DNA of 64,000 nt, taken from IMG/VR virus record IMGVR_UViG_3300033076_001354, positions 64,001 through 128,000 of that record. One strand, written 5' to 3'. Below the pieces are notes generated by a model. It was not told the DNA's origin, ran no database searches, and saw nothing but the letters and a program-made list of their open reading frames with translations. Shown here one piece after another: positions 44,907-53,162 of this stretch; positions within the stretch are counted from its first letter, which is position 1; each line of letters starts with the position of its first letter. The position numbers and the translations under genes are program-made. The stretch is from a virus. Its lineage: Duplodnaviria > Caudoviricetes.

Positions 44907-46911
44907 CAAACTAAAGAAAAGCATAACCGAAGTTCAAGAGCCTCTCTCACAGGGTGAGAAGAACTTCAAGGCTCTTCACAACCCAGACTTTAAGAACCTC
45001 GTTCCCGGTGTTACCGATCAAGAGCACCTGTTCAAAGGGCTTCCGCGCAGGGAAGACCCTAAGTCTGCTTCCTATGAAAACTTTAGGGACGACGATGAGT
45101 CAACCGAAGCCTATGACAAGACGATGAAAGTTAAAGAAGACGAAGAGAAAGACGTCGACATCGACGAAGCTCGGTCGGAGCTTTACATCGGAACAGTTCA
45201 CAAGGACGATCCCGACTACGATAAAAAAGTCGGCGAGATGAAGAAGAAAGCGGTCGGCGGGCACCGTGTTCGTGGCCGTGCCCCGCTAGCAAAGTTCAAG
45301 CACCTCTATAAGAAGGGTGGTGAGCTTCATACTATGACTTCACAGGACGTCAAGCCTGAGCACAGCGCGCGAGTCGATGTCTACTCAAGGAAGCCGATGA
45401 AGAACGAAGAGGTCGAGCAGGTCGAAGAGGAGCATCAGTACATTGAGGTGATCAGCAAGACCGGCGCCAAGAGACACGTTAAAGTTCACCCCTCAAAAGC
45501 TTTCGCGGCTCTCAATCAATATAAGAAAGACGGCAACAAAGCCCGCATAGTTTCTAAGAAGTCAATGAAAGAAGACGTTGAGCAGGTCGATGAAGTCCTC
45601 ACCAAGAAGACTCCAATTGGAACTTGGATCTCCGACTTTGTTCACAGCAAGAATCCTAAGTTTGCTGGCAAGAGCAAGAAAGAGCGCATGAAACAAGCTA
45701 TGGGCGCTTATTACGCCAAGCAGAGGAATGAATCTTTAAGCATCGAAGAAGCGGCTGAAGACGACTGGGAAGGCCTCATGGCCAAGACCGAATTGTCGGC
45801 CATTCGCGACAAGGCTGATAAGTTGATCTCCATGATCAAGGATTCAGCGGACCTTGAAGCTTGGGTTCAATCAAAGATCGCGTACGCCAAGGTTCAGCTC
45901 GACGGCGTCTACGACTATATGACCTACAGCGGTGAGCACAAGTCGGACAGCAATGAACCTCAAGATCAGACGTCACCGATGGCCGCCAACTACGCCAACT
46001 TTATGAACCGCATGGGTGAAGAGTTCGTGGTTGAGAAGAAGGGCGACGACGAAGACGAGTCGGATCGCGCTGCCAATAAGAACATCATCAATCAGATGCG
46101 CAAAGCCCCGATCGATGGTATGCACAAGCTTACTTTCGAGAACGGAAACAAGCACCTTGTCGACCCTAAGCACGTCGCTAAAGCCCTCGAGGTTCACGCG
46201 AACACACCGGTCGCCAAGGGCGCTAAAGAAGACGTGCAGAACGCTCTCGCTCGTTCTCACGAAGATTTCATGCACGTCGTGAAGCACGGCAAGGCTCCAG
46301 CTGTAAAGCCGAAGCTTAAGGTTTCACTCGGCACGATGCGTAAAGAAGATACCGATATGGCAACCCGCGAAAGCGGCAGGAAAGCCCGTGAAGCCATCAT
46401 GATTACCGGCAAAGACGGCCGTCCTAAAGTTAAGTACTTCACACCCGCTCGCAAAGAGATCAAGGTGACTTCTGAAGAGCTGAAGGGCAACCAACACAAG
46501 ATCGACGCCAACCACAACGGTAAGATCGACGGACAAGACTTCAAGATCCTTCGCGGAAAGAAGAAGAAAGTTCAAGAAGCCGAAGAGATGACGGCGGCCA
46601 ACGTTGCTAAAGCTGCAGCCACTCAGACTCAGTTCGGTGTGGTCGGCAGCAAGAATATGCAGCAGGACAGCATCGATAAGATGAAGTCTGATCCTCTTGC
46701 GTCGAAAGAAAAAGTTGAGCTTCCTCCGACTCAGGGCAACAAGCCGATCGGCGGAGACACTCAGACCCATCCGAACGTTGCTGAAGAAATTCTATTAAAT
46801 AAACTATACGACAGTTTATCAGAACAAAACAAGGCGAAGTTCGACGCCATGCTTGAGACCGACGAAGGTATTGAGTATCTCTTGAACTTCGCTAGGGAGC
46901 AGGGACTATAA
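44893..46911 (+). CDS. Large prohead core / internal head protein (start ATG 44893)
   Basis: Highly charged, many [ILV]-x-E motifs, located between gp20 and gp21. Confidence 0.6.
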   Translation: MKLYDKLKKSITEVQEPLSQGEKNFKALHNPDFKNLVPGVTDQEHLFKGLPRREDPKSASYENFRDDDESTEAYDKTMKVKEDEEKDVDIDEARSELYIGTVHKDDPDYDKKVGEMKKKAVGGHRVRGRAPLAKFKHLYKKGGELHTMTSQDVKPEHSARVDVYSRKPMKNEEVEQVEEEHQYIEVISKTGAKRHVKVHPSKAFAALNQYKKDGNKARIVSKKSMKEDVEQVDEVLTKKTPIGTWISDFVHSKNPKFAGKSKKERMKQAMGAYYAKQRNESLSIEEAAEDDWEGLMAKTELSAIRDKADKLISMIKDSADLEAWVQSKIAYAKVQLDGVYDYMTYSGEHKSDSNEPQDQTSPMAANYANFMNRMGEEFVVEKKGDDEDESDRAANKNIINQMRKAPIDGMHKLTFENGNKHLVDPKHVAKALEVHANTPVAKGAKEDVQNALARSHEDFMHVVKHGKAPAVKPKLKVSLGTMRKEDTDMATRESGRKAREAIMITGKDGRPKVKYFTPARKEIKVTSEELKGNQHKIDANHNGKIDGQDFKILRGKKKKVQEAEEMTAANVAKAAATQTQFGVVGSKNMQQDSIDKMKSDPLASKEKVELPPTQGNKPIGGDTQTHPNVAEEILLNKLYDSLSEQNKAKFDAMLETDEGIEYLLNFAREQGL

Positions 46912-47159
46912 TGGCAAACGCACTTAAGCCGATCGGCGCTGAAAGATCAATCGCTTCAGCGAACAACGTTGCTTCAGGCAAGCTTGTTAGAGTCATCAAT
47001 ACGGGTGCTGCAGCCGTTCTCAACTTCGCCTATGCGAATGCGACGGTATACGCCAACATCACGGTAACGAACACTGAGTTCGTCGTGGTTGAAAAGCAAC
47101 CAACGGACACACTAACTGGTGCGAATATGCTTGCCACCCCGCTTGCATATACACACTGA
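46911..47159 (+). CDS. Small virion protein
   Basis: 82 aa beta-rich ORF coupled (TAATG) to the upstream gene. Confidence 0.6.
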   Translation: MANALKPIGAERSIASANNVASGKLVRVINTGAAAVLNFAYANATVYANITVTNTEFVVVEKQPTDTLTGANMLATPLAYTH

Positions 47160-47169
47160 GGAAACTAAA

Positions 47170-47829
47170 ATGAAGCTCATAGCAGAACTCAACGAGTCGG
47201 TAAAGGTAATCACCGAAGAGGGTGTAGAAGGAAAGAAGAACCTCTACATCCACGGCCCTTTCATTCAGACCGAAGTAAAGAATCGCAACGGTCGCATGTA
47301 TCGTCGTGAGTCGGTAGCCCGTGAAGTCAATAGGTACAACGAGGAATACGTTCAGAAGGGTCGCGCGCTCGGCGAGCTTGGTCACCCCGACGGTCCTTCA
47401 CTAAACCTTGACCGCGTATCTCATAAGATCGTGTCGTTGGTTCCGGAAGGCAACGACTTCATCGGCAAGGCTCAGATCCTTTCAACTCCGATGGGTGAGA
47501 TCGCCCGCAACCTCATCGAGTCCGGCGTTCAGCTTGGCGTCTCGACCCGCGGTATGGGTTCGCTAAAAGAAGTCAACGGAGTCCAAGTCGTTCAAGACGA
47601 CTTCTACCTCGCGACCGCGGCCGACATCGTGGCCGACCCGTCCGCCCCGAATGCTTTCGTCAACGGCATCATGGAGGGCGTCGATTGGGTCTGGGACAAC
47701 GGCCTGCTGAAAGCCCAAGAGCTTGAGAAAGCAAAACAAAAGATTGAAGAGTCCGCCCGCAAGGTGAACAAGAAGGAGCTGGAAGAGGCTCAACTCCGGA
47801 TCTTCAAGCATTTCATTTCAAATCTTTGA
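47170..47829 (+). CDS. Prohead protease gp21 (start ATG 47170)
   Basis: NRNGRMY, ALGELGHP, GVSTRGMGS, DIVADPSAP. Confidence 0.95.
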   Translation: MKLIAELNESVKVITEEGVEGKKNLYIHGPFIQTEVKNRNGRMYRRESVAREVNRYNEEYVQKGRALGELGHPDGPSLNLDRVSHKIVSLVPEGNDFIGKAQILSTPMGEIARNLIESGVQLGVSTRGMGSLKEVNGVQVVQDDFYLATAADIVADPSAPNAFVNGIMEGVDWVWDNGLLKAQELEKAKQKIEESARKVNKKELEEAQLRIFKHFISNL

Positions 47830-47833
47830 GTTT

Positions 47834-47841
47834 TATAAATA
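47834..47841 (+). promoter_or_regulatory. Late promoter TATAAATA
   Basis: Exact match upstream of gp22. Confidence 0.8.
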
Positions 47842-47867
47842 CTTTAAGAAAAAACAGGAGTATTCTA

Positions 47868-48926
47868 ATGTCTGAAGAAAACTTGAACCACGAAGATCTT
47901 GAAATCGACACCGTTGAGGCCGTCGAAGAAGAGACTTCAAACGCAGGAACGATCGCCGCAAAGCCGACCGTTTCCCGCTCAGACCTCATCAAGAACATGG
48001 TTTCTTATGCCACCAAGCTCGCACCGGAAGAACTCGCTGACTTCGTTGCCCGCATCGGTTCTGCAGAAGAAATGACTTCGTCGAACGACGCCAACTACGC
48101 TGCTGCAGTGCAAGTTACCGGCGACACTTCGGGTAAGAACAAAGCATCCATCAAGTCTTCTGGCGCACAGGGCGAAGCACCTAAGGGTCTTCCGTCTGCC
48201 GTTAAGGAAGACCTTGCTCTCGTCTTCGGTGATTCTCTCGATCTTTCGGAAGAATTCAAAGACAAGATCTCGACCCTCTTTGAAGCAGCGGTCATGACTC
48301 GCGTTGAGCTTGAAAAAGTTCGCGTCGAGGAAGAAGTCGCGGCGGAAGCTGAACAAGCTCTCGAAGCTCTCAAAGAAGAGATGGAAGAGAACATCGACGC
48401 TTATCTCAACTACGCGGTCGCTGAATGGCTCGAGCAAAATAAGCTCGCGGCCGAGAACAACATCAAGCTTGAAATGGCTGAGTCGTTCTTTGGCGGTCTT
48501 CGCAACCTCTTCACCGAACACTACATCGACATTCCTAATGAGGAAGTCAGTGTCGTTGAATCGCTTATGGCTGAAGTTGAAGAGCTTAAGTCTCAGATCA
48601 ATGAGACGACTGAAAAGAACATCGAACTCACTAAGATTGTTTCTCAGAAAGAAGTGTCTGAGTCGGCAGCTAAATTGGCTGAAGGCATGACAGATACTCA
48701 GAAAGAAAAGTTCACTAAGTTGATCGAAGCCGTTGACTATTCTTCAGTCGAAGAATTCAACAAGAAGGCCAACATCATCAAGGAAACTTATTTCACTAAG
48801 AGCGACGTCAAGGTGAACACCGACCAGCTTCTCAGTGAGTCAGTCGATGAGCCTGCCAAGGTTGAACACGTTGCCCCTGAGATGCAGGCTTATGTTCAGT
48901 CGCTTTCTAGAACCGTTAAAAAGTAA
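47868..48926 (+). CDS. Prohead scaffold gp22 (start ATG 47868)
   Basis: LSEEFKDK..TLFEAAV, YLNY...EW, KETYF; acidic coiled coil before gp23. Confidence 0.88.
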   Translation: MSEENLNHEDLEIDTVEAVEEETSNAGTIAAKPTVSRSDLIKNMVSYATKLAPEELADFVARIGSAEEMTSSNDANYAAAVQVTGDTSGKNKASIKSSGAQGEAPKGLPSAVKEDLALVFGDSLDLSEEFKDKISTLFEAAVMTRVELEKVRVEEEVAAEAEQALEALKEEMEENIDAYLNYAVAEWLEQNKLAAENNIKLEMAESFFGGLRNLFTEHYIDIPNEEVSVVESLMAEVEELKSQINETTEKNIELTKIVSQKEVSESAAKLAEGMTDTQKEKFTKLIEAVDYSSVEEFNKKANIIKETYFTKSDVKVNTDQLLSESVDEPAKVEHVAPEMQAYVQSLSRTVKK

Positions 48927-48966
48927 TTTTGAATAAATAATTTAGACCCCCGAAAGGAGAAACCAA

Positions 48967-50343
48967 ATGGAAACTTTCAGCATTAAAGAAGAGTTGCTTA
49001 ATAAGTGGAAGCCTGTGCTTGAGCACGGCGATCTTCCATCTATTAAGGACGCACATCGTCGTAGAGTCACGGCTCAGATCCTTGAGAACACTGAGATCGC
49101 GATCAAGGAACAGGCGATGTTCAATCCTCAATCGCTGTTCGAAACTTCACCGACCAACTCTGTCGGCACCGGCGGTTACGCTGGCGCAGGCGGCACTGGC
49201 GTTGCTGGTTACGACCCGATCCTTATCTCTCTCGTTCGTCGTGCAATGCCTAACCTCATCGCATACGACATCTGCGGCGTTCAGCCGATGACCGGTCCTA
49301 CCGGCCTCATCTTCGCGATGCGCGCCAACTACGCCAACTCAACGGCTCGTACCACTGCGGAAGCATTGTACAACGAAGCCAACACTGAGTTCTCGTCACC
49401 GGGCATCTCACAGGCCAACACCATCGGCAACAAGTCGGTTGGTACAGTTCCTGGCTCGACCGCTCAGACGACCGTTCTCGCCAACAGCAACATCTACAAC
49501 TTTGCTGGCGGTGCAAACACTCAGCAGGCTGAAGCGCTCGGTTCGACCTCGAACGTAGCATTCGCTGAAATGGCCTTCTCGATCGACAAGCAGACTGTTA
49601 CTGCTAAGTCGCGCGCTCTCAAGGCAGAATACACCATGGAACTCGCACAAGACCTTAAGGCGATCCATGGCCTCGACGCTGAGACTGAACTCGCGAACAT
49701 CCTTCAGTCGGAAATCCTCGCGGAAATCAACCGTGAAGTTGTTCGCTCGATCAACATCACCGCGGTTCGCGGCGCCAACACCGGCACCACGACTCAGGGT
49801 ATCTTCGACCTCGACACCGACTCAAACGGTCGTTGGTCGGTTGAAAAGTTCAAGGGCTTGATGTTCCAGATCGAACGCGAAGCCAACCAAATCGCGAAGG
49901 ACACCCGTCGCGGTAAGGGTAACGTCATCATCTGCTCGTCGGACGTCGCTTCGGCACTTCAGATGGCTGGCGTTCTTGACTACGCTCCTGCCCTCAACGC
50001 GAACAACCTTCAGGTTGACGACACGGGCAACACCTTCGCCGGTGTTCTCAACGGTCGCTTCCGCGTCTACATCGACCCGTACACCACCGGTAACTATATG
50101 ACCGTCGGTTATAAGGGTGCCAACGTGTTCGACGCTGGTCTCTTCTACTGCCCATACGTTCCTCTCCAGATGGTTCGTGCGGTCGGTCAAGATTCCTTCC
50201 AGCCGAAGATTGGCTTCAAGACTCGTTACGGCATCGTACCGAACCCCTTCGCAAAGGGTGCAACCGCTGCTTCGGCAACCGGCGCGCTCGAAGAAGACAC
50301 GAACGTCTACTATCGTCGTGTTCTCGTGTCGAACCTTCTCTGA
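48967..50343 (+). CDS. Major capsid protein gp23
   Basis: GVQPMTGPTGLIFAMR, SRALKAEYTMELAQDLKAIHGLDAE, FQPKIGFKTRYG. Confidence 0.97.
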   Translation: METFSIKEELLNKWKPVLEHGDLPSIKDAHRRRVTAQILENTEIAIKEQAMFNPQSLFETSPTNSVGTGGYAGAGGTGVAGYDPILISLVRRAMPNLIAYDICGVQPMTGPTGLIFAMRANYANSTARTTAEALYNEANTEFSSPGISQANTIGNKSVGTVPGSTAQTTVLANSNIYNFAGGANTQQAEALGSTSNVAFAEMAFSIDKQTVTAKSRALKAEYTMELAQDLKAIHGLDAETELANILQSEILAEINREVVRSINITAVRGANTGTTTQGIFDLDTDSNGRWSVEKFKGLMFQIEREANQIAKDTRRGKGNVIICSSDVASALQMAGVLDYAPALNANNLQVDDTGNTFAGVLNGRFRVYIDPYTTGNYMTVGYKGANVFDAGLFYCPYVPLQMVRAVGQDSFQPKIGFKTRYGIVPNPFAKGATAASATGALEEDTNVYYRRVLVSNLL

Positions 50344-50374
50344 TAATAAACAGAAGAAGCTACCAAATAAACTT

Positions 50375-50400
50375 AGGGGACCCTTCGGGGTCCCCTTTTT
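50375..50400 (+). terminator. Rho-independent terminator with cUUCGg tetraloop
   Basis: AGGGGACCC-TTCG-GGGTCCCCT-TTTT after gp23. Confidence 0.92.
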
Positions 50401-50693
50401 TATTCCACGACTACTCTCTTCCAGTCGCCGTCTTTGCTCTTCAACCAAAGATTACCATCTTCACCCACTGACATCGACACCTGTTTATCCGGATCATATT
50501 GAGGAAAGTTGCCAAGAGTCATAGAAGAACTATTTCCAAGATACATCATTGTACCGTCTTTCTTCTTAGCTCCCATTAGAGTCATTTTTACTGAATCTGC
50601 TAATGGTTCCCCTGTCGGCTTCTCCTTAGCAAATGCTTCTACTGCCATCAAGGGCGATAGGGCAAACATTCCAAATAGACTACGTCTGTTCAT
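50400..50693 (-). CDS. Small exported protein with twin-arginine-like signal peptide
   Basis: MNRRSLFGMFALSPLMAVEAFA|K. Confidence 0.6.
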   Translation of the reverse strand: MNRRSLFGMFALSPLMAVEAFAKEKPTGEPLADSVKMTLMGAKKKDGTMMYLGNSSSMTLGNFPQYDPDKQVSMSVGEDGNLWLKSKDGDWKRVVVE

Positions 50694-51136
50694 TCTATAA
50701 TCTCCAAATGATCTTTTACCACTTTAAACTTAACAACATTGTAATCAGAAAACCGATCGCCACCATACTTAAAATAATCTCGTCCGCCATCTACATAAGC
50801 TCCGTTCTTACCCTCGCGAAAGTCGTGGCGATAACGTGAATAGACAACCTCACCCTCCGCCTCAATCCCTGAGAACACCACGTCTTTGATCGAGGGTAAA
50901 CCATCGGTGATCATCAGGGTGTCGCCCCTGAAGTAAAGCGCGAAGTAGTTGGATCCCTGTGGGTGGGCTTCTTCCGTATAGAATATAGCGGCCGGCCTGT
51001 TGCCCCAGAAAGTAGCTCCGGAATATTGATCCCTGCCTAATAGATCGGTCTCGAGAACGTACTTTGCTTTGTACTCCTTCTCGATAATCTCGATGGTTTC
51101 TTTCTTGAGAAAACTTGAATCAGTATTGATGATCAT
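50690..51136 (-). CDS. Hypothetical phage protein
   Basis: 148 aa ORF with YSRYRHDF...VDGGRDY motif; downstream of a sigma70-like promoter. Confidence 0.65.
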   Translation of the reverse strand: MIINTDSSFLKKETIEIIEKEYKAKYVLETDLLGRDQYSGATFWGNRPAAIFYTEEAHPQGSNYFALYFRGDTLMITDGLPSIKDVVFSGIEAEGEVVYSRYRHDFREGKNGAYVDGGRDYFKYGGDRFSDYNVVKFKVVKDHLEIIE

Positions 51137-51166
51137 AATCTATCCCTGTTTTAATCTCATAGCCTG

Positions 51167-51194
51167 ATTATATACAGACCGGATCAAATGTCAA
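51167..51194 (-). promoter_or_regulatory. Sigma70-type (early) promoter, leftward
   Basis: TTGACA-16 bp-TATAAT on the minus strand. Confidence 0.7.
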
Positions 51195-51274
51195 CCAAAA
51201 AAAGCCCTAGACCGGCCGACATAACCCATTGAAAAGATTACACAATTTTTTTTCTTAAAATCTGCACTTTTCTA

Positions 51275-51303
51275 TTGACATTTTCTTAAAACTTTGATAA
51301 GAT
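51275..51303 (+). promoter_or_regulatory. Sigma70-type (early) promoter, rightward
   Basis: TTGACA-17 bp-TAAGAT with TGn extension. Confidence 0.7.
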
Positions 51304-51332
51304 CTAGATAATGGATTGGAAAGGGTAGTCAA

Positions 51333-51443
51333 ATGTTACAGGAAATCTACGCGGTTCTTTCGGCCTATATGCTCCCGATCTCGGTGGCCGTCACGGGTCT
51401 CACGATCTCGGCAATCTACGAAATCTTCTTTATGAAAGGCTGA
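51333..51443 (+). CDS. 36-aa single-pass membrane peptide (absent from ORF track)
   Basis: MLQEIYAVLSAYMLPISVAVTGLTISAIYEIFFMKG*; AAGGG upstream; first gene after the promoter. Confidence 0.55.
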   Translation: MLQEIYAVLSAYMLPISVAVTGLTISAIYEIFFMKG

Positions 51444-51447
51444 GACT

Positions 51448-51657
51448 ATGAAAATTGTTGAACGGTTGCGTGAATATGATAAGCGAGAAGACTGGAGCTA
51501 CGTAAGGCACCCAGATGTTTGCATTGAAGCTGCCGACGAGATCGAGAAGCTTCAAAGCATAATCCGTGAGATCGTATCCCAGATAGATCAGGGAGGTGAG
51601 AACGGTAAGGTGTTCGCCAGAGACAACTGCATACAGCGCGCTCGAGAGGTCCTATGA
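51448..51657 (+). CDS. Hypothetical protein
   Basis: IVERLR...EAADEIEKL pattern common in small phage early proteins. Confidence 0.6.
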   Translation: MKIVERLREYDKREDWSYVRHPDVCIEAADEIEKLQSIIREIVSQIDQGGENGKVFARDNCIQRAREVL

Positions 51658-51694
51658 ACAAGCGCAGGTTAGTGACTCAGCGCGAAAATAACGG

Positions 51695-51722
51695 TGTACA
51701 ATTATACGTAAAAGTGTATAAT
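51695..51722 (+). promoter_or_regulatory. Early promoter-like element
   Basis: TGTACA-16 bp-TATAAT upstream of 51751. Confidence 0.5.
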
Positions 51723-51750
51723 GGTAAGATAAGATCACGGAGACCCGCCA

Positions 51751-52134
51751 ATGACGATGCACCTGCTTCCAGTCTACTTCAACGACCTCAAGACCCGTAA
51801 GAAGCCGCGTCAGGCCAAGTCGTTCGGCAGCCTCCCGCGCGTCGACATGGCCAAGCTCAAGCACGCTCAGTTCGTCCATAAAGTCACCGGCGGCAAGAAA
51901 GCCGACCGCGACGTGCTGCGCAGCGACTGGCTCAATGAGTACAAGAGCACCATGCAGGTCGATCGCTCCGACTACCAAAGCGCCGGCATGTCGTCGAGCT
52001 CCGCGCCTAAGCCCGAGGCCAAAGTCTACACCGGCGGCAACCTCAAGGGCATCGCCACCATGCACAAGTCAAACATGGTTCCCGTCTTCAACTCGCAGGA
52101 CGCCGAGGATATTTCCAAGATGCGACGGGGGTGA
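51751..52134 (+). CDS. Conserved hypothetical T4-like phage protein
   Basis: C-term YTG..LKGIATMHKSNMVPVF motif; strong codon bias; GGAG SD. Confidence 0.7.
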   Translation: MTMHLLPVYFNDLKTRKKPRQAKSFGSLPRVDMAKLKHAQFVHKVTGGKKADRDVLRSDWLNEYKSTMQVDRSDYQSAGMSSSSAPKPEAKVYTGGNLKGIATMHKSNMVPVFNSQDAEDISKMRRG

Positions 52135-52148
52135 TTGATAAATAGAGT

Positions 52149-52709
52149 ATGACCATAGACGTAACGACTACCATCAGCGCCGCGAACACTGGGATGCTTT
52201 TCTCGCAGCCCGGTGATACGAACTTTCTGTCGCCCTTCGGCTTCAGGTTCAAGCTCAAGCGCGCACCTAACTTAAACTTCTTCGCGACTGACGCGAACAT
52301 ACCCTCGTTTGAGATCGGTTACATCGATCTCCCGTCGCCGTTCAAGAAGATTGAGCTTCCCGGTGATAAGCCGAGTTTCGGCGACTTCACCTTGACTTTC
52401 AAAGTCGATGAGAACATGGCGAACTACTTGGAGATATACGTCTGGCTCATGAAGCTCGGCTTCCCTGAGAACTTCCAGCAGTATGCCTCGTTGAAGAACA
52501 CTGCTATCGGCTCGGGCGAGGGAACCGTGTCGGATGGAACCCTTACCATCCTCAACAGTGCGATGGCTCCCACCACTGAGATTCAGTTCACCAACATGTT
52601 TCCATACAGCATGAGTGAAGTCAACTTTACCACGGCCGACACGACTCTCAACTACGTCACGGCCCGTGTCGGATTCAAATTCAACATCATGAAGATCGTG
52701 TCGCTCTGA
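52149..52709 (+). CDS. Tail completion / sheath stabilizer gp3
   Basis: NFLSPFGFRF, PGDK..F..F.LTFKVDENMANY; GATAAATA late-like box at 52137. Confidence 0.85.
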   Translation: MTIDVTTTISAANTGMLFSQPGDTNFLSPFGFRFKLKRAPNLNFFATDANIPSFEIGYIDLPSPFKKIELPGDKPSFGDFTLTFKVDENMANYLEIYVWLMKLGFPENFQQYASLKNTAIGSGEGTVSDGTLTILNSAMAPTTEIQFTNMFPYSMSEVNFTTADTTLNYVTARVGFKFNIMKIVSL

Positions 52710-52727
52710 CACGTGTGAGGATACAAT

Positions 52728-53162
52728 ATGAAGCTGGACGAAATCCACGCCCTGTGGTCGCAGGATTGCGACATCAATCGCATCGAGCTCGGTGAAGAAG
52801 CTCTAAAGATCCCAAAGCTGCACAGTAAATACTTACGGATGTTCTCCGACGAGAGGATGCTGCTGCGCAAGCTTGAAGAAGATCGAAGCACACTCAAGCT
52901 TCTCAAGATCGACTACTACCGCGGCGTCCTACCTGAAGAGGACTTACGAGCGAACGGTTGGGAACCCTTCCGTCTGTCCGTATTAAAGTCCGATTTGCCA
53001 ATGTACCTTGACGCCGACCAAGACATCATTAAGATCAACCTAAAGATCTCTGTTCAGCAAGAGAAAGTCGACACTCTTGAAGCGATAATAAAATCCATAA
53101 GCAACAGAGGGTACCTGATAAAGAGCGCGATTGACTTCGAGAAATTTAAGGTTGGTGGATAA
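52728..53162 (+). CDS. uvsY: Recombination mediator UvsY
   Basis: IPKLHSKYL, YLDADQD, RGYLIKSAIDF; synteny with uvsW. Confidence 0.85.
   Translation: MKLDEIHALWSQDCDINRIELGEEALKIPKLHSKYLRMFSDERMLLRKLEEDRSTLKLLKIDYYRGVLPEEDLRANGWEPFRLSVLKSDLPMYLDADQDIIKINLKISVQQEKVDTLEAIIKSISNRGYLIKSAIDFEKFKVGG

Noticed and set aside
38763-50343. Introns, inteins or homing endonucleases in terminase, portal or capsid genes
   Set aside because: Reading frames are continuous and of normal length; no intein or endonuclease motifs seen
51137-51332. tRNA or structured ncRNA in the largest intergenic gap
   Set aside because: No cloverleaf or T-loop motif; explained by divergent promoters and A/T tracts
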